This document shows positions 19,011-31,200 of a stretch of 64,000 bases of DNA, piece after piece (position 1 is the first letter of the stretch; each line of letters starts with the position of its first letter). The DNA is from Neocallimastix sp. 'constans' (Eukaryota), in NCBI GenBank assembly GCA_050613775.1, contig JBODTK010000154.1, forward strand, positions 1 to 64,000, written 5' to 3'. The notes under the pieces were generated by a model. The model saw nothing but the letters and a program-made list of their open reading frames with translations. It made no database searches and had not been told where the DNA came from. The translations under genes were made by a program, and so were the position numbers.

Positions 19011-19824
19011 CTAGTTCGACCCCGCCCTTTGACCATTTTCCGGTTTTTTCTGAACAAAAGGTTTTACGGTAGATAGTGGTTAGGGTTTCCGTTTACAGGT
19101 AATAGTTTTTATACTATTTCTTTTTTAATATTTAAAAATAAAGAACAAGCTACTGATGAGATGTTATTTTAAGAAATTAAAAAAAAATAAAATGCCAATA
19201 AGTTTAGCAATAATACTATGATTTCTTTAAAAAAATTTCATTGGAATTTTTAAAAAAGTCATGTCTAATACAGCAGGAAAAATAATTCCTAATATAAATA
19301 TTAAATAACGGTATTTGGTACTATATATTTATTATAAAGTGATTTCGAATTTTCCTTTTGTAAATCCTGAACATATATAATTGATATTTGTAGTAAAATT
19401 ATTTGTGAATCAAATAATAATGACCATTTTTTGAAATTTTTATAATATTTTAAAAAATAAACTATTTAAAAAATTATAAAAATTGGAATTATTATAATAA
19501 TATAGAATATATAATAAATAATATGTCAGAATTTTTCAATAATTATTTAAATAATTTATTTTTAAAAAACCCTTCTTTTTATAAATTAATATATGTATCA
19601 AACAAGAAAAATCTTTATATTATAATGATTAAAAAAAAGAAAAATGTAAAAGTTTAAAAAAAAAAAAAAAAAAAATAGGAAAAACTTATGAAACTAATGT
19701 TTTAATTGAAAAGTACAAAATTATAGAATCCAAATTAATTAATAATGGTACACCTAGAATGATATTGTTGAATTATTATTTAAGTATTTAATTAATTCAA
19801 ATAATAAATACTGACTTGAAATAA
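19011..19824 (+). mobile_element. Degenerate Mutator-like (MULE) DDE transposase fragment with a GC-rich 5' end
   Basis: Broken frames read NSFYTISFLIFKNKEQATDEMLF*EIK...KKFHW...MSNTAGKIIPNINIK*..IWYY...FPFVNPEHI...NWNYYNNIEYIINNMSEFFNNYLNNLF..KPSFYKLIY...LIEKYKIIESKLINNG. This matches the MULE layout (hxDFE, CxxH, W..Y...TNNxxExxN) in decayed form. Confidence 0.65.
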
Positions 19825-20339
19825 ATGACAGAGTAATGGTTAAATAAAAATATTATCAAAATTCTGTCTAAATTATTATTAATAATTAAAATTATTCTTA
19901 ATTAAAAATCCATAATTTTTTTAAATTTTTAATTCTAAAAGCAAAAAATATTAATAAAAATATCTTTTATTATTAAATATTTCTTAATAATTATTTTATT
20001 AGTATTTTTATACTTTTATTAATAATTATATCATTAATTTTATGAATACTATATTACAAATTTTCTATTAAATATTTTTATTTTTATATTTTTATTACTG
20101 AAATATATAAAATAAAAGTAAAAAAAAAAAATAAAATTAAATATTTTTATTAATTACTTTTATCACTATATTATTAATTATATGAATACTATAAAAATAA
20201 TAAACATGAAGGCTAAAAAAATTTTTTTTCTTAAATTTTTATTTATATATTTATTTTTAAATAATATTTTAAATTTAAAGAATATTATAATTTTAATTTT
20301 TTATTAAAATAAAGAATTTCTTTTTTTTAAAAAATTTAT

Positions 20340-20962
20340 GAATGTGTTGCATTTCGTAACCTTACTTATAAACAAAAGTTTAACTCAACTCATCACATTT
20401 TTAATTTTAACATTTTTTAAGCAAATATAATAAATAAAACTAGAAATAAATAAATATGTGAAAAAAAAATTTTTTTATAGTTAAATTTTAAACATAAAAA
20501 AAAATTATCAAAAACAATTTATTTGTAATCATTATTTTTTAAAAAAAAAAAAAAAATTAATTGAATAAATAAACAATAAATAAAATTAATAAAAATATGA
20601 ATTAAATAAATAATAAATAATAAAAGATTAAATATATTCTATTTAACTATACATGAATAAGCAGTAAATAAAATAAATAATAAAAAAATTAAATAAATAA
20701 TAAATTATAATAAATTAAATATATTTTATTTTTAACCATCAAAAAAAGGAAAAAATCCAAAAATTCAAAAAAGTGAAACAAATAGAGAAATAGAACAAAT
20801 TATAATAAATAAAGAGTATAATTTATATCTTTAAAATTAAATATTTTATTATTATTTTTACAAAAACTATTAAAATGTTTCTTTATTTATTTAAAATAAT
20901 TAAAGTCACATTTGCATAACAAATTATTAAAGTGAAATACAGCGTTCCGAAATGCAACATTC
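20340..20962. mobile_element. Non-autonomous TIR element (MITE-like), copy B
   Basis: Left GAATGTGTTGCATTTCGTAAC and right GCGTTCCGAAATGCAACATTC are inverted. The interior is similar to copy A and, inverted, to 21000-21390. Confidence 0.65.
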
Positions 20963-21120
20963 TAATAAATAATGTCAAATTAGGGTTAAAGATTTTTTTA
21001 TTATTCTGTTATATTTATTTTAAAAAAATAATATAATTTTAAAGATATAAATTATATTTTTATTATTTATTTATAATAATTTATTCTATTGCTTTAGTTT
21101 GTTTTACTTTTTTCTATTTT

Positions 21121-21350
21121 TGGATTTTTTTTTTTTCCATTTTTTAAAGTAGCAATTATAAATAAAGTGTTTATGAGAAATTTTTTTTTTGTTCAAATTT
21201 TTAAAAAAAAACTAACCCAAACATATTTATTTCTGGATTTTTTTTTTTTTCCATTTTTTAAAGTAGCAATTATAAATAAAGTGTTTATGAGAAATTTTTT
21301 TTTTGTTCAAATTTTTAAAAAAAAACTAACCCAAACATATTTATTTCTGG
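21121..21350. repeat. ~114-bp direct tandem duplication within an inverted copy of the TIR-element interior
   Basis: GTGTTTATGAGAAA recurs at 21167 and 21281, and the whole unit is nearly identical. Confidence 0.9.
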
Positions 21351-21399
21351 TTTTATTTATTTATTTATTTACAATTATTTTAAAAAAAGATTAAAAAAA

Positions 21400-21643
21400 G
21401 GGAGTGGGCATTTCGCCAGGTTGCATTTCGCCAAATTGAAAATTATTAAATAAATAAATAAATAAAATTAAATATTATTAATATCGAATAAAAACAATTT
21501 TAAAAAAAAATATTTTGAATTAATAATTATTTATTTATTTATATACATCAATACTCCACTTGTCGAAATGCAACTTTTTAATACTACACCACTTGTCGAA
21601 ATGCAACCTGGCGAAATGGAATTTGGGGAAATGCAACTCTCCC
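21400..21643. mobile_element. Short TIR element (~244 bp) with reiterated GTTGCATTTCG subterminal motifs
   Basis: Left GGGAGTGGGCATTTCGCCAGGTTGCATTTCGCCAAATTG; right end reverse complement GGGAGAGTTGCATTTCCCCAAATTCCATTTCGCCAGGTTGCATTTCGACAAGTGG. Confidence 0.7.
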
Positions 21644-22946
21644 ATTATATTAATTATATATTCTAATATATAGAACTATATTAATTTTATATGAATTAAA
21701 GTATTATAATTATTATAATTATAATAATATATATTGAAATAAAATAAAATAAAATAATTATCAAAAAAGATATAAATTTAATATTTAATAATTAATATTA
21801 AATATACAATTATGTTATTACACATATTTGTTTTATATCACATGTAATCAATCTTAAATTCACGTGAAATATTTTCATCATTCATTCTTAAATGTTTTAT
21901 TCTTAATAATTTCTAAATAAATAAATAAATATAAATAAATAATAACTAAATAAATCATTGTTATAAATAATAAGTTATCAGTCACTTTTTACTAAATAAT
22001 ATTTTATTAAAATTTGTTTATATTATTTTGTTTATTTATATAATTAATATATGTAAATTTATTGTAGAGACTTCTTTATTTTTTTTTTAAAAAAAAAGAT
22101 ATACTTTTATAGAAATAATATATATATATTTAAATATATATATATTATTTCTATAAAGGTATAAGTACAAAATATCTATATATATACATTTTTTGGAAAA
22201 AAGGTTAATTATATCAAAACAAAAAATATTTTATATATTATTTTTTTTTCCATTTCCAATAAGATATTTTATAAAAATTTAATTAATATTGGATATATAT
22301 ATATCTTTTCCCTTGAATTTATTTTTTATTAGATATATTAAAAATTTAACTTTATATTTTATAAATAATAAATAATAAATACATCTACTAAATTTATACA
22401 TATCTTATAAATACCAACCAAACTTATATATATCTCAATAAATAATAAATATATCTCCTAAATATATATATCTTGTATCTAAATAAAAATAGTAAACAAT
22501 AAAACCAAATATATATATTTTATAAATAAATAAAAAAAAAAGGAAATAAAAATACTAAATATATATATAATTTATATCTAAAAAAAAAAAGAAATAAAAC
22601 TACCATATATATATATATATATTTAATATTTAAATAAATGAAAAAAAAAGATATATTTATTTAAAATTTTAAATAAATATATCTTTATTTTTATTTTTTA
22701 ATTTAAATTATATATATATTCACATAAAAGGTCTTCTTAATATATCCACTTTATTTTATTTTTTATTTTTTATTGTACCCATTGTAATGGCTAAGTATTA
22801 AAGAAATATAACTATTTTTAAATAATTTATTATTCCATTTAATATTTTATTAATATTATCAATTTAATTAATGAATATAATTATTTAAGAAAATTAATTT
22901 AAAAGTTAAATATTGTGAAATTATTTTTACCACCCTTTAATGAAAA

Positions 22947-22997
<51 letters not shown>

Positions 22998-25506
22998 ATT
23001 AATAGATATTAATTAATATTTAATTGTTTTACAATATTATTCTTTTTATAGTTATAACATTATAATTAAAATTATTAGTATAACATTAAAATTTATTATT
23101 ATTATTATAATTTGATTATTATAATTAATTACTTTAACCCAGTTATCGATTAAAGAAATTCAATAAATAAATTTATGATGATCTTATTATTTAGTTATTA
23201 AATTTATATATATTTATATATCATTATTTTTTTTTAGTATTAAGTATAAAAAGAGACAGTTATCCTTCTTTTTATGTATTATTTTATATATTTAAAAAAA
23301 CTTTTTTTTTAAAAAAAAAGATTTATATAGTAGTTAAATTATATATATAATTATTATAATTATTTTATAATTGAAAAAAAAAGTTTGAAAGTTAAAAATT
23401 GTTTTAAAGGAAAGAGAGAACTTTTTTAAAAGTTAGAAAAGCAATATTATAAGTCGAACAGTAGTAATCAAAAAAAATATTTGTAAAAATGGACAATATT
23501 TTGAAATACATTATCACTTATCACTAACACATAATATAATATTATATAATAATACCAAATTAGATAATATCAAATTAAATGAAATGAATGAAAAAAAATA
23601 ATACAAGATGAAATAGAAAAAAAAATGACAAAGATAAAGTGCTTCATTTATTATAAATAGAATATAGTTAATAATAAAATTTATTATATATAATATTAAA
23701 TTGTCAGTTGACCTGAAAATTATAATGTTTTTTTTTGGAAAGTTCAAAAGAAAAAAAACAATAACGATATTAATTTAGAATTTTTAAGAAAAAAAAATTT
23801 TTTTTTTTCATTTAATATTGTTTTATAATTAAAAATAGTCAGTTGACCTTGGGTTTTAGATTTTATATGAAGAATTTTTTTTCGAAATTAATTTAGAAAA
23901 TTATATTAAGAGTTTTATTATATAATTATGAAAGTTATTAATAATGAAAATTAATATTATTATTATAATTGTTATTATCTCTGATGATATAAAATATTTA
24001 ATAATTAATAAGATTTGAATACGAAATTATTAGTCATAATTAAATTTCAATGATCAGTTTGAAATTCATGATTTACAGAACTCCTTGTACTTGTCAATAA
24101 ATAATATTGAAACACATAAGAACCAATTAAATTTAAAATATTTGAAAATCAATATTTTAGAAATTAAAAAATAAAATACATTACAATTACAAATTAATTA
24201 ATGTAAGTTACTACATTCAGCGCCACATTTACGTATTATTTAAAATAATTTATATTTTTTTCAATTTATATGTAAATGTAACTTGTCAATAATTATTTAT
24301 TAATAGAATAAAATACAGATTACACTATTATTACGTATTATTTATTGTTATTTAGTGTTAGGTTAGTTATTACACTATTGATAAAGAATTCATATAATGC
24401 TTAAAGAGTATTTATTAATTTAATAATAAAAACTTTATAATTTATAAATAATTATTATTATTATTATTTTTTTTTTAATTTGTTTAATAAATAATAATCA
24501 ATATAAAGTAATTTGTTTTTTTTATTATTTTTTTTTTTTTCATGAATCAATTAATTGTATTGATATTCCTTTTTTAGAGATTATTAATTTAATAAAATAA
24601 AAATAAAGAAAAATTTTTTTGTTTTTTTTGTTGTTTTTTCTTAATTAAAAAAAAAATTTTTTTTTTTCTTTATTTTTATTTATTTAAAGTTTATTTCTTA
24701 AATTTTTCATTTAGGCATAGAAAATTTTAATTTATGTTTAATTTTTTTTTCAATATAATTTTCTTTTTTTGCTTCATTTTTTTAATTTAATTTAAATTAA
24801 TATAATTAAAGTTTTCATTTTTATTAATGGAAATTTATTTAATAAAAAATTTTTTTGTGTTCCATAAAACTTTTTGGTAGATACTACATATATAGCAAAT
24901 AATATATTAAATTATATTTTATTATTATTATTAAATATAAAATAATAACCTTATTTATTTAAATGAAAAAAAATTAATAGGATTTTGATATATTAAATTT
25001 ATAGTTTTAGGAAAAGTATTATTTTTTAATTAATGAAATTTTTTTTTTTTTTTACAAAATAGAGTTTATAATAAAAAATGTTTAAGATATATCATAAAAC
25101 AATTTTTTTGTACATATTCTAAATCATGCATATTATAATATTATTAAATTATTTTAATAATATTTAAAAGGCTTTTTATTAATAATATTTTTTTTAACAC
25201 CTTTGAATGAATGAATATTATAGAAATATAAAAGAGTAAAGTATTTATAAAAATAAGATAAGATAAAATAAATATATATTTTAATGAATTATCTTTTTTC
25301 TTTATTTTTTATTTTTTTTTCTTTTATCCATTTTATACTTTAATTTTAAATATTACATCTTACATACTTGTATCCTTTTTTTTTTTTTTTTATAATGTAC
25401 TGTACAATAGAATAAATATTAAAACAAAAATAATTTAAATATATTAATTAAATTAATATATTAGATTATAGTTTATATTTATTTATTTTGTATAATTTTT
25501 TTTATT

Positions 25507-25551
<45 letters not shown>

Positions 25552-25762
25552 TAATATTACTTTATAGAAAGGGTTATTGAAGAATTTCTCAAATTTTATT
25601 TAAATGATTAATAAAAAATTTTTTTAATATTAATTTGTATAATGAAAATGTTCAAAATTCAATTTCACTATAAAAGAACAAAAAATTTCTAATAAAAAAA
25701 CTAAACTTTAAAAAAACAATTAATTATAAAATATAATAATTAATTATTACTAAAAAGTTTTT

Positions 25763-25778
25763 TTTCTCTGGAAGAAAA
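25763..25778 (+). promoter_or_regulatory. Candidate cis-element upstream of GH6 copy 1
   Basis: TTTCTCTGGAAGAAAA, conserved at a similar distance upstream of all three GH6 copies. Confidence 0.45.
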
Positions 25779-25889
25779 ATTACAATTAGTGTTCGAAAGA
25801 AAGATTATTACAAACAAACAAAAAATTATATAAATTAAAAAATTTTTAGTGCTTGAGTCACTACATTTCATATATTAAAAACAAACAAA

Positions 25890-27374
25890 ATGAAGTCTAC
25901 TCTCGCTTTAACTGCTGTTGCTGCTCTCGCTGCTAAGGCTTCTGCCGCTTGTTGGTCTCAAAAACTTGGTTACCCATGTTGTTCTTCTTCTAGTGCTGAA
26001 GTTTGGTACACCGACAATGATGGTAAATGGGGTGTTGAAAACAATGACTGGTGTGGTATTCCAGTTGAAGAACCAGATACTTGTTGGTCTGAAAGCTTAG
26101 GTTACCCATGCTGTTCTTCCAATACTGGTGTTGCATACATTGATAATGATGGTGAATGGGGTGTTGAAAATGGTGGCTGGTGTGGTATTAAAGGAGATAG
26201 ACCAAATCCAAGACCAAATCCAAATCCAAATCCAATTGATGAAGATCCAATTCCAGGAGAACAATACTCACACAATGGTAAAAATCCATTTGCTGGTAAT
26301 GAATTCTACCTTAACCCATACTATCTTGAAGAAGTTGATGGAGCTATTGCTCAAATGTCCGATTCTTCTCTCATTGCTAAGGCTGAAAAGATGAAGACTT
26401 ACTCTAATGCTATCTGGTTAGATACTATTAAGAACATGCAAAGTTGGTTAGAAACTAACTTAAAGGGAGCTCTTGCTCAACAACAATCTTCTGGTAAGAA
26501 TGTTTTAACAGTCTTTGTTGTTTACGATTTACCAGGTCGTGATTGTCACGCTCTTGCTTCCAATGGTGAACTTCTTGCCAATGATGGAGACTTAGCTCGT
26601 TACAAGTCTGAATATATTGATGTCATTGAAGAAAAGTTAACCTACTACAAATCTCAACCAGTTGTTCTTATCATTGAACCCGATTCACTTGCTAACTTAG
26701 TTACTAACCTTGATTCTACTCCAGCTTGTCGTGATTCAGAAAAGTATTATCTTGATGGTCATGCTTACTTAATTCAAAAGTTCGGTGTTCTTCCACATGT
26801 TGCTATGTATCTTGATATTGGTCACGCTTTCTGGTTAGGTTGGGATGATAACCGTGAAAAGGCAGCTAAGGTTTATTCTAAGGTTATCAGTTCCGGTTCC
26901 CCAGGTAAGGTTCGTGGTTTCACTGATAATGTTGCTAACTACACTCCATGGGAAGATCCAACACTTTCTCGTGGACCAGACACTGAATGGAACCCATGTC
27001 CAGATGAAAAGAGATACTTAGAAGCCATGCACAAGGACTTCAAGGCTGCAGGTATTAGTTCCGTTTACTTCGTTTGTGATACTTCTCGTAATGGTCACAA
27101 GACTGACCGTAAGCACCCAGGAGAATGGTGTAACCAAACAGGAGTTGGTATTGGTGCCAGACCACAAGCCAGTCCAATTTCTAGCATGGAATACCTTGAT
27201 GCTTTCTACTGGATTAAGCCACTTGGTGAATCCGATGGTACTTCTGATACTACAGCTGTTCGTTACGATGGTTACTGTGGTCATGAAACTGCTATGAAGC
27301 CAGCTCCAGAAGCCGGTCAATGGTTCCAAAAGCACTTTGAACAAGGTCTTAAGAATGCTAACCCACCACTCTAA
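25890..27374 (+). CDS. cel6: Cellulosomal GH6 cellulase (cellobiohydrolase-type): signal peptide, two fungal dockerin (CBM10-type) domains, Pro-Asn linker, GH6 domain
   Basis: Intronless 494-aa ORF with two CWS..LGYPCC...WGVEN..WCGI repeats and GH6 motifs [35 protein letters not shown]. Confidence 0.97.
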   Translation: MKSTLALTAVAALAAKASAACWSQKLGYPCCSSSSAEVWYTDNDGKWGVENNDWCGIPVEEPDTCWSESLGYPCCSSNTGVAYIDNDGEWGVENGGWCGIKGDRPNPRPNPNPNPIDEDPIPGEQYSHNGKNPFAGNEFYLNPYYLEEVDGAIAQMSDSSLIAKAEKMKTYSNAIWLDTIKNMQSWLETNLKGALAQQQSSGKNVLTVFVVYDLPGRDCHALASNGELLANDGDLARYKSEYIDVIEEKLTYYKSQPVVLIIEPDSLANLVTNLDSTPACRDSEKYYLDGHAYLIQKFGVLPHVAMYLDIGHAFWLGWDDNREKAAKVYSKVISSGSPGKVRGFTDNVANYTPWEDPTLSRGPDTEWNPCPDEKRYLEAMHKDFKAAGISSVYFVCDTSRNGHKTDRKHPGEWCNQTGVGIGARPQASPISSMEYLDAFYWIKPLGESDGTSDTTAVRYDGYCGHETAMKPAPEAGQWFQKHFEQGLKNANPPL

Positions 27375-27855
27375 ATAAATTAAATAATAGAAGATAGATA
27401 TAATTTTTTGTAATAGATAATTCTATATTATAACGTATTATATTGCATTAATAATTATATATCGTATAAAAAGTTATAATATAAATATTATGATGTTCAA
27501 AAGACTAAATAATTCCAAAAAAAAAAACAAAAAAAAAAAAAAACAAAAAAAAAAAATAATAATTAAAAAAGAAATTGAAAAAAAGTTTATAAATAAAAGT
27601 ATCATCAAAATAAAAAAAAATGTAAGGATGAATGACTATATTTATTTGATTTTAAATAAATATAAGAATAAAATTAGGCTTTATTTTAATAAACGAAATA
27701 ACAAATAAAAAAAATAAATAAAAATAAATACAATACATAAAATAAATAACATAGGAGAGTAAATATAAAAACTTTGTTTTTTAAATGTATTGATTTGTGT
27801 ATTTTGTTTTATCTTTTAATTTTATTTTATACTATTCACGTTGTTTAATGTATTT

Positions 27856-27898
<43 letters not shown>

Positions 27899-28520
27899 AG
27901 ACAGGGAAGAGAATACACTTCCATAACTTTACTATATATATAAATATATTTATATATATATTTTATTTATATTATACTATTTAATTATTTTAATGATAAA
28001 ATTTCTAAAAAAATATTTTTATAAATTTTTTATATAAAATAAGTTTATTTAGTTTTAATTTATAAATAATAAAGTAATGAGAATATAATTTTTTTTTATT
28101 AATATAATATATATATTAATGTTATTATATTAGAAATTTTAATAATTTTTTTTTTTTTTTAAATTAGTAATAAACTTTATATAATAATATTTATTAAAAA
28201 AAAAAAAAAAAAAAATAATACATAAAAATCTTTACATTAATATTATGAAAACTAAGTTTTGAGGAAGAAAATGGTCTCTAACTCTTCCCATTCATCGATG
28301 ATAACTCTATGTAAATAAAAATTATCATTCAAATCAATCCATATCAAAATTTCTTCTTTAGTTTTATTAATTGAGAATTAAGAAAAAAAATTTTTATTTT
28401 TTTTTTACTTTTATCTCTTCGACCCTCTTGATAATAGATAATAGATTAGTCTAAAACCAAATTTAAATTTTTATATGTTTCATGGAAGTTTATTATTGTG
28501 TTTGTGTATTCTTGAACTAT

Positions 28521-28564
<44 letters not shown>

Positions 28565-28584
28565 ATAACGTGAAAATGTTAAAT

Positions 28585-28632
<48 letters not shown>

Positions 28633-28637
<5 letters not shown>

Positions 28638-28860
28638 AAAAATTAAAACACACACAATTAATAAAAAAATAAATATTATTTGTTCAATTGGAACAAAATA
28701 ATATTTAAAATAGTAATGTGAAATGAAAAAGTAATATTCAAAAATAAAGCGTATAAATAAATTTCATTTCCAACGAACCTCACCCCCAGATTATAAGATC
28801 TCTGTTTCAAAAGGAATTCATATTCCGGATTAGGGTTTGAATTAACTATCTGAAAGAAAA
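28633..28860 (-). repeat. Dispersed repeat, copy A (related to 40036-40417 and 50587-51037)
   Basis: CAACGAACCTCACCCCCAGATTATAAGAT...GGAATTC...TTAGGGTTTGAATTAACTATCTGAAAGAAA is nearly identical to 40258-40347. Confidence 0.85.
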
Positions 28861-29458
28861 AGTTTATTCTTCTTATAAATCATAGCCTTGAATGATTTTC
28901 TTGCCATATCTCTATCCAATAAAAATTTACAATTATCTACTATGAATTTTACTTTCCTTATCCCACACGCATGACGTATACCTTCATTAAATTTTTAAGT
29001 AATTCTAATTAATAATATATTCCTATATTGTTTATAAATATTTCTAAATATTTATATTAAGAATGAAATATTCAGACATAATTTTAAAGCTTTTTAATAA
29101 CTATAAAAAAAAAAAAATTTTTTTTTACAATAATGCAACATAAAAACCTAAAAATATAATTTAATTACTTATAAATTAATAAATAAAAATAGAACAACAC
29201 ATAATATATTAAGAAAAAAAAAAAAAATATTCATTAAATTTATTTTTATTTTTATTTTACTTTCATTTTTATTTTTATTTATTTTATTTATTATTTTGAA
29301 GGGGTACAATAAATATCCTAATATATTTATTTTTTTTCTTTTTATTTTAATCAACTAATTAAACAATTATTTAATCAATTAATTTCTATTGTTGTTTATA
29401 ATTTTTTTTTTATTTTATTCATTTTTTTTGGTATTGTTTTTCTTCAATTATTTATTCA

Positions 29459-29500
<42 letters not shown>

Positions 29501-29577
29501 CATTAACTTTTTATTTTATAATTCTTTAAATAACAGAAAGAAGAAACTTATTTAAATATGCATAATCATTCTACTGC

Positions 29578-31068
29578 TTAGAGTGGTGGGTTAGCATTCT
29601 TAAGACCTTGTTCAAAGTGCTTTTGGAACCATTGACCGGCTTCTGGAGCTGGCTTCATAGCAGTTTCATGACCACAGTAACCATCGTAACGAACAGCTGT
29701 AGTATCAGAAGTACCATCGGATTCACCAAGTGGCTTAATCCAGTAGAAAGCATCAAGGTATTCCATGCTAGAAATTGGACTGGCTTGTGGTCTGGCACCA
29801 ATACCAACTCCTGTTTGGTTACACCATTCTCCTGGGTGCTTACGGTCAGTCTTGTGACCATTACGAGAAGTATCACAAACGAAGTAAACGGAACTAATAC
29901 CTGCAGCCTTGAAGTCCTTGTGCATGGCTTCTAAGTATCTCTTTTCATCTGGACATGGGTTCCATTCAGTGTCTGGTCCACGAGAAAGTGTTGGATCTTC
30001 CCATGGAGTGTAGTTAGCAACATTATCAGTGAAACCACGAACCTTACCTGGGGAACCGGAACTGATAACCTTAGAGTAAACCTTAGCTGCCTTTTCACGG
30101 TTATCATCCCAACCTAACCAGAAGGCGTGACCAATATCAAGGTACATAGCAACATGTGGAAGAACACCGAACTTTTGAATTAAGTAAGCATGACCATCAA
30201 GATAATACTTTTCTGAATCACGACAAGCTGGAGTAGAATCAAGGTTAGTAACTAAGTTAGCAAGTGAATCTGGTTCAATGATAAGAACAACTGGTTGAGA
30301 TTTGTAGTAGATTAACTTTTCTTCAATGACATCAATATATTCAGACTTGTAACGAGCTAAGTCTCCATCATTGGCAAGAAGTTCACCATTGGAAGCAAGA
30401 GCGTGACAATCACGACCTGGTAAATCGTAAACAACAAAGACTGTTAAAACATTCTTACCAGAAGATTGTTGTTGAGCAAGAGCTCCCTTTAAGTTAGTTT
30501 CTAACCAACTTTGCATGTTCTTAATAGTATCTAACCAGATAGCATTAGAGTAAGTCTTCATCTTTTCAGCCTTAGCAATGAGAGAAGAATCGGACATTTG
30601 AGCAATAGCTCCATCAACTTCTTCAAGATAGTATGGGTTAAGGTAGAATTCATTACCAGCAAATGGATTTTTACCATTGTGTGAGTATTGTTCTCCTGGA
30701 ATTGGATCTTCATCAATTGGATTTGGATTTGGATTTGGATTTGGATTTGGATTTGGTCTATCTCCTTTAATACCACACCAGCCACCATTTTCAACACCCC
30801 ATTCACCATCATTATCAATGTATGCAACACCAGTATTGGAAGAACAGCATGGGTAACCTAAGCTTTCAGACCAACAAGTATCTGGTTCTTCAACTGGAAT
30901 ACCACACCAGTCATTGTTTTCAACACCCCATTTACCATCATTGTCGGTGTACCAAACTTCAGCACTAGAAGAAGAACAACATGGGTAACCAAGTTTTTGA
31001 GACCAACAAGCGGCAGAAGCCTTAGCGGCGAGAGCAGCAACAGCAGTTAAAGCGAGAGTAGACTTCAT
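29578..31068 (-). CDS. cel6: Cellulosomal GH6 cellulase, near-identical inverted paralog (496 aa)
   Basis: Same architecture as 25890-27374. The protein differs only in the linker and one T/I substitution. Confidence 0.97.
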   Translation of the reverse strand: MKSTLALTAVAALAAKASAACWSQKLGYPCCSSSSAEVWYTDNDGKWGVENNDWCGIPVEEPDTCWSESLGYPCCSSNTGVAYIDNDGEWGVENGGWCGIKGDRPNPNPNPNPNPNPIDEDPIPGEQYSHNGKNPFAGNEFYLNPYYLEEVDGAIAQMSDSSLIAKAEKMKTYSNAIWLDTIKNMQSWLETNLKGALAQQQSSGKNVLTVFVVYDLPGRDCHALASNGELLANDGDLARYKSEYIDVIEEKLIYYKSQPVVLIIEPDSLANLVTNLDSTPACRDSEKYYLDGHAYLIQKFGVLPHVAMYLDIGHAFWLGWDDNREKAAKVYSKVISSGSPGKVRGFTDNVANYTPWEDPTLSRGPDTEWNPCPDEKRYLEAMHKDFKAAGISSVYFVCDTSRNGHKTDRKHPGEWCNQTGVGIGARPQASPISSMEYLDAFYWIKPLGESDGTSDTTAVRYDGYCGHETAMKPAPEAGQWFQKHFEQGLKNANPPL

Positions 31069-31184
31069 TTTGATATTTTTAATTAAATTGTTTTTTTTTA
31101 AATTAATTTAAATTAAAATGTGTCTTGCACAGTTCAAAATAAGTTTTTTCTTTTTTTTTTTTTTTTATAAATTCTTTTGAATTA

Positions 31185-31200
31185 TTTTCTACCAGAGAAA
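31185..31200 (-). promoter_or_regulatory. Candidate cis-element upstream of GH6 copy 2
   Basis: TTTCTCTGGTAGAAAA on the minus strand, 117-132 bp upstream of the ATG. Confidence 0.45.

Noticed and set aside
19014..19035. GTTCGACCCCGCCCTTTGACCA resembling a tRNA T-loop/3' end or retroelement PBS
   Set aside because: No pairing T-stem 5' strand, no 5' half of a cloverleaf, and spacing to CCA does not fit.
21167..21394. 75-aa ORF with internal repeat
   Set aside because: Product of the 114-bp tandem duplication in a non-coding element.
21400..21643. CRISPR-like repeated CCACTTGTCGAAATGCAAC
   Set aside because: Only two copies with a short spacer, eukaryotic context, no cas genes; better explained as subterminal TE repeats.
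28250..29000. Short open frames flanking repeat copy A (e.g. FNEGIRHACGIRKVKFIVDNCKFLLDRDMARKSFKAMIY on the minus strand)
   Set aside because: May be TE debris, but no recognisable motif; cannot be supported without a search.
25918..31040. Alternative-frame and antisense ORFs duplicated in both GH6 genes
   Set aside because: Their conservation follows from the near-identity of the host CDSs and codon bias.
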